Source of the DNA: a virus
Direction: 5' to 3' (one strand)
IMG/VR virus record: IMGVR_UViG_3300030329_005082
Span: 114,631 to 178,630 of that record
DNA: 64,000 bases
Shown here: piece by piece, positions 11,313 to 22,009 of the stretch
How positions within the stretch are numbered: position 1 is the stretch's first letter
Layout: every line of letters starts with the position of its first letter
Made by a program: the position numbers and the translations under genes
The notes under the pieces: model-generated
The model's database searches: none
Told to the model about the DNA's origin: nothing
The model's input: the letters and a program-made list of their open reading frames with translations, nothing else

Positions 11313-14300
11313 ATTCTAAGTAGCTCTTGTAGCCGACTTTTTTCTGCCGGTATAAGATCCTTTCTCTGGTTCCATAAATATTCTGCTATATCTGCTCTCC
11401 ACGTTGCTGCAAGATTCTCTAAATCTCCGAATGTTTCTTCTAAGGTGGGTAAATTTCTTTCTTCTATTTCGTCTAACAATTTCAATGCCACATACGCCGG
11501 ATAATGCACATCTCCTAAAGATGGAGTAACACCATCAGGTATATAAACCTCTAGTCTGTTTCTCAGATTTGCTATAGTTAGTTCCTCACCCGAAGCATAT
11601 GAGAAATATAACATATCTGATATTATATCGCTGACCTGTTCTGGTAAATCATGGCTGCCATAGCGGGCGAAAAATTCTGGATATGTTCTTAACAATATAG
11701 AATAATGTTCTCTTTGTATTGTTGTTTCCAATACAACTATACGATCTTCTACTTCTTGTTTTGTAAAATATGTAACGTCTACAAGGTCCCAGGTTTTTTC
11801 TGTTGCTGGGAAATTTTCTATTTCTTCTTGGTACTTTGTTACAACCTGTCCTGTTATATTACTCAACAAAGAGTCATCGGCGGCAGCTATTTCTATCTGG
11901 GTTTTAAAACGTCCAGATTTAAAGTTTTTAGTAATATCTACCACGCTATCAAATGTTACCAAATACAATCCAATAAAAGCTCCTATGGGAAAATAATAAG
12001 CTCCATATTCATACCCCCTTCGTGTCAGAAGTTTTTCTTCTCCAAATGTCGTAGTGAGAGCATTATCTATGAACCGAATTGCTTTTCGTGCTTCTGACAA
12101 CGTTAGTCCTAAATTATTATCATCCGAAAGAAGTCCTATTTTTAGTTCTTTGTAAAACTCTAACAAAGTAGTCTTATATCGTTCAAGTGTTACTGGAACA
12201 GAAGCGTCATAAGGCGATGTGGCGATGCTGCTTCGTATATCTTTTGATACAGTCTTGAGCATAGAGTTATAAATTTTTCCCACAAGTTCCTTTATGAAAT
12301 CTTTTGGTGTTTGGGAAGTAGAGAATTCTAAATTATTTTCTGGTACGTCACCAAAAACCTTCTGTACTACCGACATCTTATCATATATTAAATAAGATAA
12401 ATCTCTGTTTTCAAGTTCTTCATATGTTTTACGATACAGATAATCTGTGACAATCTTATTTGTAATAAAGCTATTCCAGTGAGGATATACTCTTGTCAAA
12501 GGATAGACGTTCATAAAGTAGTACTGTATCCTTGACTGAATGCATAAAACAATAGATTGAGCAATTTGAACCTCTTCGTTTGTCACACACTTATCCTCGT
12601 TGACCATAAAGGGAGGCTTATTTGTGGATCTTATAAATGTTTGTAGTTTAGACTTTTTATCTGATCTGATATAGGAATCATTTATATTTTCGTCAATAAA
12701 TTCAGTCCAATTAGCAACAGATACGGTACTTATTTCTCCCCCTTGATCGGACTGCTCTTGAGTAAATGGCGCGACGGTTCCGTCTTCTGCTTCCTCAGTG
12801 TCTTTAGATGTCCCAGATGGAACAGGAGCATTATCATGGTTTCCGATAATAGAGTTTGTCACTTCCCAACTAATAGATCCCTGCATAATATCATTAATTA
12901 AATTTGTTACGGAAACATTACTTCTAGATGGCATAAGTTGTGTTTTTGCAGACAGTGACTGAGGCTCTTCATTCACTGCGAACGGTCCATTTATCAAAGG
13001 CCCTCCTGTATTTTGTCCTCCAACATTTTTATCACCAATCCCAGACAAAAGTCGGTAATAATTAATGCCGGCAACCCCATCCTCTCGGTCACGGGGCTCT
13101 GGAATATACATTGCTAGAAGTTTTGATTTTATTTCAAACTGATCTTCGCCTGGTTGAACAGGTGCTGCTTTCCTAGTCTTTACATTTTTGAATATTCTAA
13201 CTCCACCATCTTGAATATTATTTATAAACATTAAACATCTTGCATTTGATGTTGGAAAATCACTTATCCACTGATCTGGTGGTATTACTTTCTTTTGTCT
13301 TTTCCAATATTCTTCTAGGTGTGTATGCAATCTTTTGTAAAGTTCCGGCAAATCATCATTCCAATTAGATCGCTGCATAGTAATTGAAGTAAGTCCTTGA
13401 CGAAGTATTGATGGAGATGTACGCACAGCATAAGAAGATTCTTTGTCATCAACGTCGGAGTGGATGTCCCAGCGACTAAACCAAGGATCAGATAATTTAT
13501 CAGGCGGAGGATAAGGTAAATCAACTCGCGAGATTTTATGCCCTATCCGGCGGGAGGGTGCTGGGGCAAAATAAATAAATTCTCCGTTCCTTTCTGCTGA
13601 TCTTTGTTGGGCTATTATAACACGTCGTGAGATCAACATTCTAATTGAGTAAAAAAGATCCTGACCAAACAATGTTGTATATAAGTTATATGTGGGGTCC
13701 TGAGAATTCTTGGCTTCTTCTTCAAATAATTTAGCCCACCACTCTGCAATTGATTGCCATAGTGCATTACTGTATTTGGCAATTGTTTCAAGGAGTTCAT
13801 TGTATCCATCCATGATTGGAATTGAATTTATTATCTCTTGTATTTGTCTTTCTATATTTTCTAATCCTCGTAACCAATCACACATGGCATTTATTTTTGC
13901 TATCTTATCATTTGCCAAACTCATATATTGAGACTCTAGTTGTTCTCTGCTAATTTCAAGACCTAGAGTGTCTAAATTTGGCTCGCGACCGGTGCAATAT
14001 GCCTCTAGAGGCGAAAATGTAAATTTAGCTAATTCCTCAGCATTTTCATCGCGCATTTTATCCCCAAGCAATATAAAAAACGTTTGAATTTTTTCTACTG
14101 AAAATTGTATATCCTCATATACTGTTGGATCAATTGTTCTTGTCTCGTTTTCTTCTTCCTCGGGGTCTGTATTACTATCTGCGGGGAATGTGATTATTCC
14201 ATTCTGCACGGTCTCTAATATTAATTCATAAAGAGTATTATCTCCGTCACCAAAAGTCAAACGATCAAGTTCACTTGGTGTACACATATAAGAAATATCT

Positions 14301-16774
14301 CTAATGAAAGTTTGGATCTGAGTAAGTGTGGGGTCATCTTTTTCATTTCTTCTGATATTATACAGGTCTGCTTCTTTTGCGACCTTTACTATATCAATAT
14401 CACCCAAATATTCATTAAGATCTAAAAATCCGTAGCGAAGATCTTTTAGAGCATCTTCCAAAGTATCTTGATCAGGACCATCAGGCCCACAACCTAAAGA
14501 TGCTTTTATTATATCTTTGATAATACCCAGTGCAATACTTTGTATGAATCCTAAAATGATTTTTATAACCATTTCCTCGTAGAGTTCTGTTTGCCTTTGG
14601 TGCTTTGATTTAGTAAACCTTTGTACACCTTTTGGCACCTTGAGATCAATAGTAAGGGGAAAGCCTATGCCAGGTGGTTTACCTGAAGCATCCAGTTCTG
14701 GTGACATATTTTTAGGGTCTAAAATTTGGGTCTCTATCACATTCCCCATTACATCTAGTCCGCAGAATATTTCTTGGTTTATCTTTTTCTCTATTTCCCT
14801 AATAAATAGCCGAGGGTTATCGCCAGCCTGAATTGCTTGAGAAAGGTAGGCTTTAGACACTTGGTCTTTAATTAGTTCGTCTCTTGCTAGTAGAATAGCC
14901 TGACGAAGAAGTGTTCTCATCTTTGCTTTACCAGAAATGTTTTGCCAGAATCGCAGGACATCTCCGAGAGCTTGAGCTTGGGCTGTGTTACAATCACCAC
15001 CCCCCATGTCACTCAAAATCGTAGTTATTTGATAGTATGGGTATTTGGTTTTGTTTCTTCTTTTGAGATTTTCCAACATTTTATCTCCCTCTTTATTGAG
15101 GTTGATTATTTTAGTATAAAGTTTCTGTCTCCTTTGTAATCTAAAATTCAATAACGATTCTTCTGCTTTTTCTCTAATTTTATCTGGTGAAAGTTCCACT
15201 GATGGGTAGATATATTCATCAAAGAAATCAGGCCATGGCTTTCTTGATTCTTCTGCCCTTAAAGACTCATCGGAATAAATTTCATAACTATTATTAATGA
15301 GACTGAATGTTGTAGGACTTAGCAGAGAGAATGCATTAAGAATCTTCCTGGGAAGATTTTCATTTTCTAACACACTATAGAATGTTTTATTTCCTATACC
15401 TCGTGTCATAATAAATCCATTTACTACAAAATATTTCAACTTGTAATCTTCAGAGAAAACAAACTCAACTACATCGTCATCATCTAGAGCAAATTTGTTG
15501 TAAATATAGGCCAGCGACAACATGTCAATAAAAGAATCTAAACGAGTGGCTTCTTGATCTAAATTTATACCCTGTATGTCTTCGGGTTTTATTCCTTCAT
15601 TTTTTAGTTGAATTGAATATTCCCTGATTGAAGAAACAACCCTTGGAATATAGCGGATTAGATTTGCTACTCTTACAGACTTTTTGTGAACAGGTGGAGA
15701 CTGTTCTGGATTTGTAAGAATTTGTGCTTTTTCCAGAGGAGTTTTTTCAAACTCGTCGTATGCTACTGCGGGTCCGCCGCCGGAACTTAAAGAATTTACC
15801 ACACTTCTTTTAACTCTTATGGCGTGTACCCAGCGAGAACCAGGGCGTACATCTAAGTGTGTTAAAAAATTGATATCCTCAGAATTTAAACCCACATCTA
15901 TAAGTCTTTGTAGATTATCTGTAGAATATTTTCCAGTGAATTTTAGTATCCCTGAGAGTCCATCAATCACCGCTTGTCCAAGTACTCTGGATGCTTCGGG
16001 AGTCCTGTTCCAATAAGACTTGTCAAAATATTGTGTGGAAGCTATATCTGTCCTTGTTGTAAAATAGAATTTATCATCAACAGTGTTGTAATATACCTTA
16101 TTTGTATCTGTCCCTGGTCCGCAATTGGCCCTCCAATCATAAATATCAACATTATTGTCGCTATTGACGAATGAGGTAGCGACAGTAGACATGGAAAAAT
16201 TTTCAATACTTTCAAACGAATCTAGACTTACTTGGTTTTGCAAATCAGCAGAGGATCTCATAAGAGTAAGATATTCGTTTGAATGCAGAGAAGGAAAAGC
16301 AACCAAGCGAGAAACAAGCCCGGAAGGGCCTGTGTTGTTGACATTTTCTGGAAGCAGAGAAGAAGGTGTTGAATTAGAGGTATAGTTATCAATCTTACCA
16401 AGGCGCTCCAGCCTTGATACTAAGGTAGATAATTCTTCATGAGATTTTTCTCCACTTGGCATCTCTAATTTTATTTTACTACCATCTGGAACTATTACAC
16501 TATTTTGAGGATATAAAACATTATAAGCCTCTAGATCAATTTTTAAAATTTCTAGATTTGGTGTATCTTTTTCAATTCTTAGGGCTTGCAAATCTTCTAC
16601 ACTGAGTTTTAGTTGATACCCTTGCGGTAAGAATGTGTAATAATTTACACAAACATCATGAATGACATCTATTACAAATTTGTTTCTATAATCACTGAAA
16701 TCGTATTCTATATGATCTCCCCACACAGCGGCAAAAGGATTTATAATATTTTTCTGTTGCTTATTTATTATCAT
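11309..16774 (-). CDS. Large hypothetical protein (1821 aa), probably virion/tail associated
   Basis: Long ORF coupled to gp25; no domain recognised; function inferred from position only. Confidence 0.7.
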   Translation of the reverse strand: MIINKQQKNIINPFAAVWGDHIEYDFSDYRNKFVIDVIHDVCVNYYTFLPQGYQLKLSVEDLQALRIEKDTPNLEILKIDLEAYNVLYPQNSVIVPDGSKIKLEMPSGEKSHEELSTLVSRLERLGKIDNYTSNSTPSSLLPENVNNTGPSGLVSRLVAFPSLHSNEYLTLMRSSADLQNQVSLDSFESIENFSMSTVATSFVNSDNNVDIYDWRANCGPGTDTNKVYYNTVDDKFYFTTRTDIASTQYFDKSYWNRTPEASRVLGQAVIDGLSGILKFTGKYSTDNLQRLIDVGLNSEDINFLTHLDVRPGSRWVHAIRVKRSVVNSLSSGGGPAVAYDEFEKTPLEKAQILTNPEQSPPVHKKSVRVANLIRYIPRVVSSIREYSIQLKNEGIKPEDIQGINLDQEATRLDSFIDMLSLAYIYNKFALDDDDVVEFVFSEDYKLKYFVVNGFIMTRGIGNKTFYSVLENENLPRKILNAFSLLSPTTFSLINNSYEIYSDESLRAEESRKPWPDFFDEYIYPSVELSPDKIREKAEESLLNFRLQRRQKLYTKIINLNKEGDKMLENLKRRNKTKYPYYQITTILSDMGGGDCNTAQAQALGDVLRFWQNISGKAKMRTLLRQAILLARDELIKDQVSKAYLSQAIQAGDNPRLFIREIEKKINQEIFCGLDVMGNVIETQILDPKNMSPELDASGKPPGIGFPLTIDLKVPKGVQRFTKSKHQRQTELYEEMVIKIILGFIQSIALGIIKDIIKASLGCGPDGPDQDTLEDALKDLRYGFLDLNEYLGDIDIVKVAKEADLYNIRRNEKDDPTLTQIQTFIRDISYMCTPSELDRLTFGDGDNTLYELILETVQNGIITFPADSNTDPEEEENETRTIDPTVYEDIQFSVEKIQTFFILLGDKMRDENAEELAKFTFSPLEAYCTGREPNLDTLGLEISREQLESQYMSLANDKIAKINAMCDWLRGLENIERQIQEIINSIPIMDGYNELLETIAKYSNALWQSIAEWWAKLFEEEAKNSQDPTYNLYTTLFGQDLFYSIRMLISRRVIIAQQRSAERNGEFIYFAPAPSRRIGHKISRVDLPYPPPDKLSDPWFSRWDIHSDVDDKESSYAVRTSPSILRQGLTSITMQRSNWNDDLPELYKRLHTHLEEYWKRQKKVIPPDQWISDFPTSNARCLMFINNIQDGGVRIFKNVKTRKAAPVQPGEDQFEIKSKLLAMYIPEPRDREDGVAGINYYRLLSGIGDKNVGGQNTGGPLINGPFAVNEEPQSLSAKTQLMPSRSNVSVTNLINDIMQGSISWEVTNSIIGNHDNAPVPSGTSKDTEEAEDGTVAPFTQEQSDQGGEISTVSVANWTEFIDENINDSYIRSDKKSKLQTFIRSTNKPPFMVNEDKCVTNEEVQIAQSIVLCIQSRIQYYFMNVYPLTRVYPHWNSFITNKIVTDYLYRKTYEELENRDLSYLIYDKMSVVQKVFGDVPENNLEFSTSQTPKDFIKELVGKIYNSMLKTVSKDIRSSIATSPYDASVPVTLERYKTTLLEFYKELKIGLLSDDNNLGLTLSEARKAIRFIDNALTTTFGEEKLLTRRGYEYGAYYFPIGAFIGLYLVTFDSVVDITKNFKSGRFKTQIEIAAADDSLLSNITGQVVTKYQEEIENFPATEKTWDLVDVTYFTKQEVEDRIVVLETTIQREHYSILLRTYPEFFARYGSHDLPEQVSDIISDMLYFSYASGEELTIANLRNRLEVYIPDGVTPSLGDVHYPAYVALKLLDEIEERNLPTLEETFGDLENLAATWRADIAEYLWNQRKDLIPAEKSRLQELLRI

Positions 16775-16779
16775 AATTT

Positions 16780-17700
16780 TTAGTTCGTAGTATTAAATTT
16801 ACTCTTGAAATTATAAAATGCAAAAGGGTTTCTATCCGAGAAATTAAGCTTATGAAACACACTCTTGAGAGTCCACACATTCATTCTAATTACGTGCGGC
16901 ACTAAGGAAATCATCATTCCTGCTAATTTTGTTTGGGCTGGAGCAGAAACCACAGGCACCTTAGATTGAGAAGCCATATATGTCAAAAGAAGTTTTAGCT
17001 GAAAATCTAAGAACCCTAAAAGCTCCGAGGTTAGTTCTTGTTGTCTTACCAAGAGTGTATATAAATCATCACCCTTTACCAAAGGTTGTAAGCCCCTATC
17101 GTCGTTACCGGCGATCAAATCAATGCCGCGGACCTGTTGTCCAATAAACCAGCCAGATCCAGCAGCGTACTTATCAGTACCAGTTACAATTTTCACACCT
17201 TGTCTTCCAACAATCCTAACAGAATCTGATTTGATAACAATCGCTGGCTCGTTTTTTACATAGCCCACTTTCCCCTCAACAATTCCAAAATACTCATCGG
17301 AATCAATGTTTGATGCCTGTTGTGTCATGTATATTCTTGATGAATCCATATAAGTACTTGGATCAGTTGCAATTGGATTACCTTCTGCATCTGTCTCTTT
17401 TGCACAAACGCCGTTTATACCAGCGATTAAATCTATTCTTGCTACATTTGTCCAGCGACCAACTGCTCCAAGCCCCTGGGCTCTGGTTCCTGGCCTATCT
17501 CGTCCAATAATGATTGCAGCATTAGATTCTCCATCAATGACTTTCTCGGCAGGAGTGACGGTCAATTGGGGCTTTGCTGCCAACATTGGACCATTACCAA
17601 ACCCAGAGGAGTGAGCCTCAATCTCTCCAGGGTTTTGCTTTAGCCTTCTTTCTTTTGTGGCATCTAAAAATGTATCTGCTATTGTTGGTCTTCTAGGCAT
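16780..17700 (-). CDS. Putative baseplate hub/spike (gp5-like) protein
   Basis: AAIIIGRDRP..RIDL.AG..DSSRIYMTQ..IVIKSDSVRIVGRQGVKIVTG beta-rich repeats; upstream of gp25/gp6. Confidence 0.5.
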   Translation of the reverse strand: MPRRPTIADTFLDATKERRLKQNPGEIEAHSSGFGNGPMLAAKPQLTVTPAEKVIDGESNAAIIIGRDRPGTRAQGLGAVGRWTNVARIDLIAGINGVCAKETDAEGNPIATDPSTYMDSSRIYMTQQASNIDSDEYFGIVEGKVGYVKNEPAIVIKSDSVRIVGRQGVKIVTGTDKYAAGSGWFIGQQVRGIDLIAGNDDRGLQPLVKGDDLYTLLVRQQELTSELLGFLDFQLKLLLTYMASQSKVPVVSAPAQTKLAGMMISLVPHVIRMNVWTLKSVFHKLNFSDRNPFAFYNFKSKFNTTN

Positions 17701-17706
17701 CTTTTA

Positions 17707-18849
17707 TTACTTCTTTACAAATAGATTGGGGAAAAAATCTGTTTCAGGGTCAGCATGAGTGCCAAATTGTGAAACCTGTCCGCCCGTTTGCCAGGACGGA
17801 TCATTATCATACACTACACCAAAATGTAGATGAGCAGGTCCTGCACCGGAGTCTCCCGATAAAGCTATTTGATCTCCTGCTTTTACTGTTTTTCCTGAAC
17901 CAAACTTGTTAGCAGCTATTACAGAGTCTTTTGTAAGGTGCATATAAAGAGTATAAAAAGTACTATTTGGAGTATCAGCTTTATATGCTGTGTGCTTAAT
18001 GACGGCATAATACCCTGCACCGTGAGTTTCTGGATTTCGCGATTGAGCGGCTGCAATAAGCTCGCCATCCAAAACTGCATAAACTTTTTGTCCAACCCCA
18101 GCCCTTAAGTCTATTCCAGCATGGTTTGCTGAACCTCCTGGGGGTGGGTTTCTTGATCCAAAGGGTGAGGTTATATGCCCTAAAGCTTCTGTGTTTGTAG
18201 TTGGGCGCGCTGTTAAAGGCCCTCTTGGTGAAACTCCTGTAGTTGACTTTGGTATTGACGTCTGTTTTATGGGTCTACCGCGGGAACCTCTGGAAGCTGC
18301 ACATGCCTTTTTGACCGTTGATTTCTTTGCTGATCCACTATTAGGCATTGGAACTTCGCAGTTTTCGGAAGAATCGGTCCAATCAGGGCTATTATTAATT
18401 ATTTTAATAATTGTCGCGCCGATTTCGGCAGTAAAACAAGTACTAGGGTTGTTGATTCTTATTTGTACTTTAGCACCAGCAACAAGTTCTGTTCCTCCTA
18501 AAGACTCATCAATATCGCAAGTGATTTGGGGTAAATCAACTGCATTATCTTTAGCACTCAGAGGCTTAGGACAAATATAACTTCTAGGATCTTCTTCAAC
18601 CCTTACTTTATATTTTACATGTTTAAACTTATCTGATTGGAAAAATTCAAAGTTACCAATCTTTTCGTACCAAGTGGGTAAACGGAGAGCACCAGTCAAC
18701 ACCTTAGCTGTAACAACTTGGTTTTCTTTATATGTGCTCTTTCTTGCGATAAGTTTTCGGTTATTTTGCTTAAGCAAACCATCAACGCCATCAGAAGGAC
18801 GCCAAGAAGTCTGAGTCAAATCAACTGGTTTATTATCAGAATCTGCCAT
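17707..18849 (-). CDS. M23 family peptidase (tail-associated peptidoglycan hydrolase-like)
   Basis: ITSPFGSR..HAGIDLRA (HxxxD), YMHL, GDQIALSGDSG..PAHLHFGV (HxH). Confidence 0.9.
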   Translation of the reverse strand: MADSDNKPVDLTQTSWRPSDGVDGLLKQNNRKLIARKSTYKENQVVTAKVLTGALRLPTWYEKIGNFEFFQSDKFKHVKYKVRVEEDPRSYICPKPLSAKDNAVDLPQITCDIDESLGGTELVAGAKVQIRINNPSTCFTAEIGATIIKIINNSPDWTDSSENCEVPMPNSGSAKKSTVKKACAASRGSRGRPIKQTSIPKSTTGVSPRGPLTARPTTNTEALGHITSPFGSRNPPPGGSANHAGIDLRAGVGQKVYAVLDGELIAAAQSRNPETHGAGYYAVIKHTAYKADTPNSTFYTLYMHLTKDSVIAANKFGSGKTVKAGDQIALSGDSGAGPAHLHFGVVYDNDPSWQTGGQVSQFGTHADPETDFFPNLFVKK

Positions 18850-18854
18850 TTCTA

Positions 18855-19145
18855 TTACTCCTTATTGAGCATATCAAACAACTGATTCTTGTCTGCTTCG
18901 GATAGACCGTCTTGCTTCGTTGCTGCATCCTTTTTATAAACCAAGGTTGCCAACTTGACAAGTTGTTCATTACTTCTCTGAAGTGTTTCTACAAATTTGG
19001 CTGCAACGGGACCGCTATCAGAGTAACGATCTGCCGAAACAACCATATATTCTTTAAGGTTAGAAAGCAAGTCTTCAGTGACTTGACGATCCTTATTTAT
19101 ATTATCTAGAGCTTGCTCTATTAGTGATTCTAAGTTCTTTTTCAT
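18855..19145 (-). CDS. Hypothetical protein
   Basis: 96-aa helical ORF (AKFVETLQRSNEQLVKLA) downstream of the sigma gene; preceded by CTATTTAT. Confidence 0.75.
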   Translation of the reverse strand: MKKNLESLIEQALDNINKDRQVTEDLLSNLKEYMVVSADRYSDSGPVAAKFVETLQRSNEQLVKLATLVYKKDAATKQDGLSEADKNQLFDMLNKE

Positions 19146-19160
19146 ACAATAAATAGGAAG

Positions 19161-19853
19161 TCACTTAATTTCTCCTTCGTTCCACTTACTCTTGAAAACT
19201 CTGAACTTCTCTCTCATCTTGTTTAGACAACTGACTATTTGTTTTGTATTCAGACCTGTAATCTCTCTCATATACAGATATATTGCCTTTTTGTTGAAAA
19301 TTTCTATTTGGTCCACGTTATTCATAAGGGTCAAAATTGCATTTAGGACTTTTTCCTCATTGGGTTTTAGGTTTGGGTTGTGCCAGCTTTTTATTTCTAC
19401 CAACAAAAAGTGCCAAAATTCTCTCTCTTCTTGTTCATCAAACAGATCTTCATTTTCGCCGTTAGATACAGCCTCAATCTCACGAATCATTGAATCGTAT
19501 TCAATCTCGCGACGGTTCTTTTTGGTCTGTTGTTTAGCTTTGTGAGTGAACCAGTTTTTTGTGACTACTGAAAAATAGGAAAATGCTTTTGTGCCCTGGG
19601 TTGGGTCAAATTTGCCGAGGATTGTTGTCAACCAGATTTTACAATCTTCCTTGAGATAATCAATATTCTCTAGAGAAGTAAACTTATAAGTATAAACAAT
19701 CTTAGTCACAAGTTCGTCAAAAGCTGGTTGGATATGTTCTACATATAGTTCTGTTCTTTTAGATAAGCTATCAGTGGCACAATAATCAATAATTGCCTGT
19801 TCTGTAACTTTTGTAAAATAATGATTTTTCTTTTTAGCTTTTCTAGCCATCAT
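19161..19853 (-). CDS. Phage RNA polymerase sigma factor, T4 gp55-like
   Basis: HYFTKVTEQAIIDY..., KFDPTQGTKAFSYFSVVTKNWF (region-2-like FDP..G.KAFSYF). GGAGAG SD favours a start at 19853 or 19850. Confidence 0.7.
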   Translation of the reverse strand: MMARKAKKKNHYFTKVTEQAIIDYCATDSLSKRTELYVEHIQPAFDELVTKIVYTYKFTSLENIDYLKEDCKIWLTTILGKFDPTQGTKAFSYFSVVTKNWFTHKAKQQTKKNRREIEYDSMIREIEAVSNGENEDLFDEQEEREFWHFLLVEIKSWHNPNLKPNEEKVLNAILTLMNNVDQIEIFNKKAIYLYMREITGLNTKQIVSCLNKMREKFRVFKSKWNEGEIK

Positions 19854-20139
19854 CCTCTCCATATAACATGCTGGTGTTTATTTGGATGAAATCCTCCACA
19901 TCACCACTCAAGTCTCTTGTGTGTTCTAAGAGTCCCTGCAAGGTTTGATCGCCATAAAATGTTTCTAACCCATATACTCTGGTTAGATGTTCTTTATAAG
20001 AGTCAATTGCGTCTTGTAGTGAGTTGACATCATCTGTTGTCATTTTTACAAATTTTATTAGATTCCGGCAATACCAGATTAAAAAACCGTTAGACAATAA
20101 TGAGAGAACTAAGAGCGAAACAAGAATTATATCCGTCAT
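19843..20139 (-). CDS. Small membrane-anchored coiled-coil protein
   Basis: N-terminal hydrophobic helix IILVSLLVLSLLSNGFLIWY, then coiled coil. Confidence 0.7.
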   Translation of the reverse strand: MTDIILVSLLVLSLLSNGFLIWYCRNLIKFVKMTTDDVNSLQDAIDSYKEHLTRVYGLETFYGDQTLQGLLEHTRDLSGDVEDFIQINTSMLYGEDDG

Positions 20140-20399
20140 TCTGTTCTCGCTTTTTGTGTTAATTCTTCTTTTGTTTTCATTAGTTCTTCTTTCCCGTCTT
20201 GAATTGCTTCGTGAACTTCTGTTCCAACTTTTTTATCTTTCACAATATTGGATTTTTTAACTACAGAAATAGCATTTCCTAGATGTTTTTTTATTGCCGT
20301 TGATTCACAGTGAATGCAAATTATGCCCTCTTCCTTATATCGGTGCCTAATCTCAAATTCTTTATTGCAATCTTGACACAGATAGTGATAAAGTGGCAT
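20136..20399 (-). CDS. FmdB family zinc-ribbon protein
   Basis: MPLYHYLCQDCNKEFE...CIHCES (MP.Y.Y.CxxC...CxxC). Confidence 0.85.
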   Translation of the reverse strand: MPLYHYLCQDCNKEFEIRHRYKEEGIICIHCESTAIKKHLGNAISVVKKSNIVKDKKVGTEVHEAIQDGKEELMKTKEELTQKARTE

Positions 20400-20590
20400 T
20401 ATTCTATTTCAAACTTATTTTCTTCATTCGTATTTCCGATTGAAATTGTTGGAGGATTCTCTACATAGACTAGACCATCCTTAACTGTCAAGTTCCAATC
20501 AGACAACAATTCTGTAATATCTATTTCTTCAGCTAAGCATTTCTGCAAAGTCATCAAAAGTGCGCCAATTGCTTGAGGTGATAATTTCAT
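20399..20590 (-). CDS. Hypothetical protein
   Basis: 63-aa ORF with AGGAG SD, coupled to FmdB. Confidence 0.75.
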   Translation of the reverse strand: MKLSPQAIGALLMTLQKCLAEEIDITELLSDWNLTVKDGLVYVENPPTISIGNTNEENKFEIE

Positions 20591-20617
20591 TTTATTCTCC
20601 TAATAATATTATCTAAT

Positions 20618-21247
20618 TTACTTTTTCACAGTAACAAAATATTCCCTATGTGGAGTATCTAATGACACCAACCCATCACCGTACCCACACAAATTTCCTG
20701 TTTCTATTTCAATATCCATTGATTTATCAAAATATGATGTTAGTTCATCTATTGAATATAAGTTTACAAAAGGTGAACTTGTATAATAATCATTAGTATC
20801 TGTTGGAAATTGTATATACATCTTCCCGCCAGGTTTTAAAAAATCATACAATTGATTTATTAATGTTTTATGATCCTTTTTGTTGATGTGTTGGAAAACC
20901 ATCAATGAATATATGAAATCAACAGATTCTTTTTCCATATCAGGGATTACTATCCCATCAGTCTTTATTTTTTTGATTGGTTCTGTAATTTTGTCTAAAT
21001 ACGATTGACAGACGTCAACACCGATCTTGTTCTCATGAGGCACATTTATATGCTTTAGCACCCTGGCTACACCACAGCCAAATTCTAATACAGTTGCATT
21101 GTTTGAAAATAGCCCGCTATTATTTAACTTCTCGGACTCTAGTACACCCTCATTGTAAAATTCTAAGTCACTTCTTTTGGGAAGGATATACTCTCTCCAA
21201 TTATCTTGCAGAGAATGAAACTCCCAAAATTCATGATAATGGCTCAT
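20618..21247 (-). CDS. Class I SAM-dependent methyltransferase
   Basis: VLEFGCGVAR motif I, IGVDV, VDFIYSLMVFQH, FLKPGG. First ATG at 21247; the track start at 21268 is TTG. Confidence 0.85.
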   Translation of the reverse strand: MSHYHEFWEFHSLQDNWREYILPKRSDLEFYNEGVLESEKLNNSGLFSNNATVLEFGCGVARVLKHINVPHENKIGVDVCQSYLDKITEPIKKIKTDGIVIPDMEKESVDFIYSLMVFQHINKKDHKTLINQLYDFLKPGGKMYIQFPTDTNDYYTSSPFVNLYSIDELTSYFDKSMDIEIETGNLCGYGDGLVSLDTPHREYFVTVKK

Positions 21248-21295
21248 AATATTACTAGTTTCTTTCAATCTTCATCCCATCCTAATATAAGTATA

Positions 21296-22009
21296 TTATA
21301 AAGGTAATCCTTTTTTAAATCTTTCTTCCCATAAAATCAAATCTCTTTCAAAATCTGACTTGGTATGTACTGCTTTTCCCTTGCGAGCTAGCCATTTAGC
21401 GGAATACATGGGAAAATGATTTGCATAATAATCACAAGTTTCTTCCCACTGGTCTATTGAGATGGATTTACCATAATGTCTCACAGACCCTTCGTCTAGG
21501 ATCCTAAACGATTTTAGACTACATTCCCTTTGGTCTAGTCCGTGGTACCCTGTAGTTGCTCCGTACCTAAAAGCAAACAGGATTGATCTATATTCTGGAC
21601 CTATCCATTTTCTTTCTGTATATTTCTTGTCTATATCTTCTTCTGTGATATAGAAATCAAATAATCTCATTCTTACAGCGTCTAAATTGTTATTTAGTTT
21701 TCCCCAATCAAACTCTATACGCTCATCGGCATCCATATAAACAAACCAATCATTTTCTGATAGGTGTTTTGATGCTTCTGTATAGACGGCATGTCTGTTT
21801 TGAAATTCTGCACGGGCTCGGAATTGATCCCAGGACTGACCTTCAATTACCGACGTCACTATTGGGTGGTTTTTACAAATCTCAACTGTGTTGTCTACTG
21901 AAAAATCATCATATACAAAAACTTGTTCGCAAAACTCTGCCATATGATCCAGGGTTTCCTGCATAATCTCTGATTCGTTCCGAACTCTTGTCAACCCGAC
22001 GATTTTCAT
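21296..22009 (-). CDS. Glycosyltransferase family 2 (GT-A)
   Basis: LTRVRNESEI..YDDFSVDNT..YMDADER (DxD). Confidence 0.85.
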   Translation of the reverse strand: MKIVGLTRVRNESEIMQETLDHMAEFCEQVFVYDDFSVDNTVEICKNHPIVTSVIEGQSWDQFRARAEFQNRHAVYTEASKHLSENDWFVYMDADERIEFDWGKLNNNLDAVRMRLFDFYITEEDIDKKYTERKWIGPEYRSILFAFRYGATTGYHGLDQRECSLKSFRILDEGSVRHYGKSISIDQWEETCDYYANHFPMYSAKWLARKGKAVHTKSDFERDLILWEERFKKGLPL

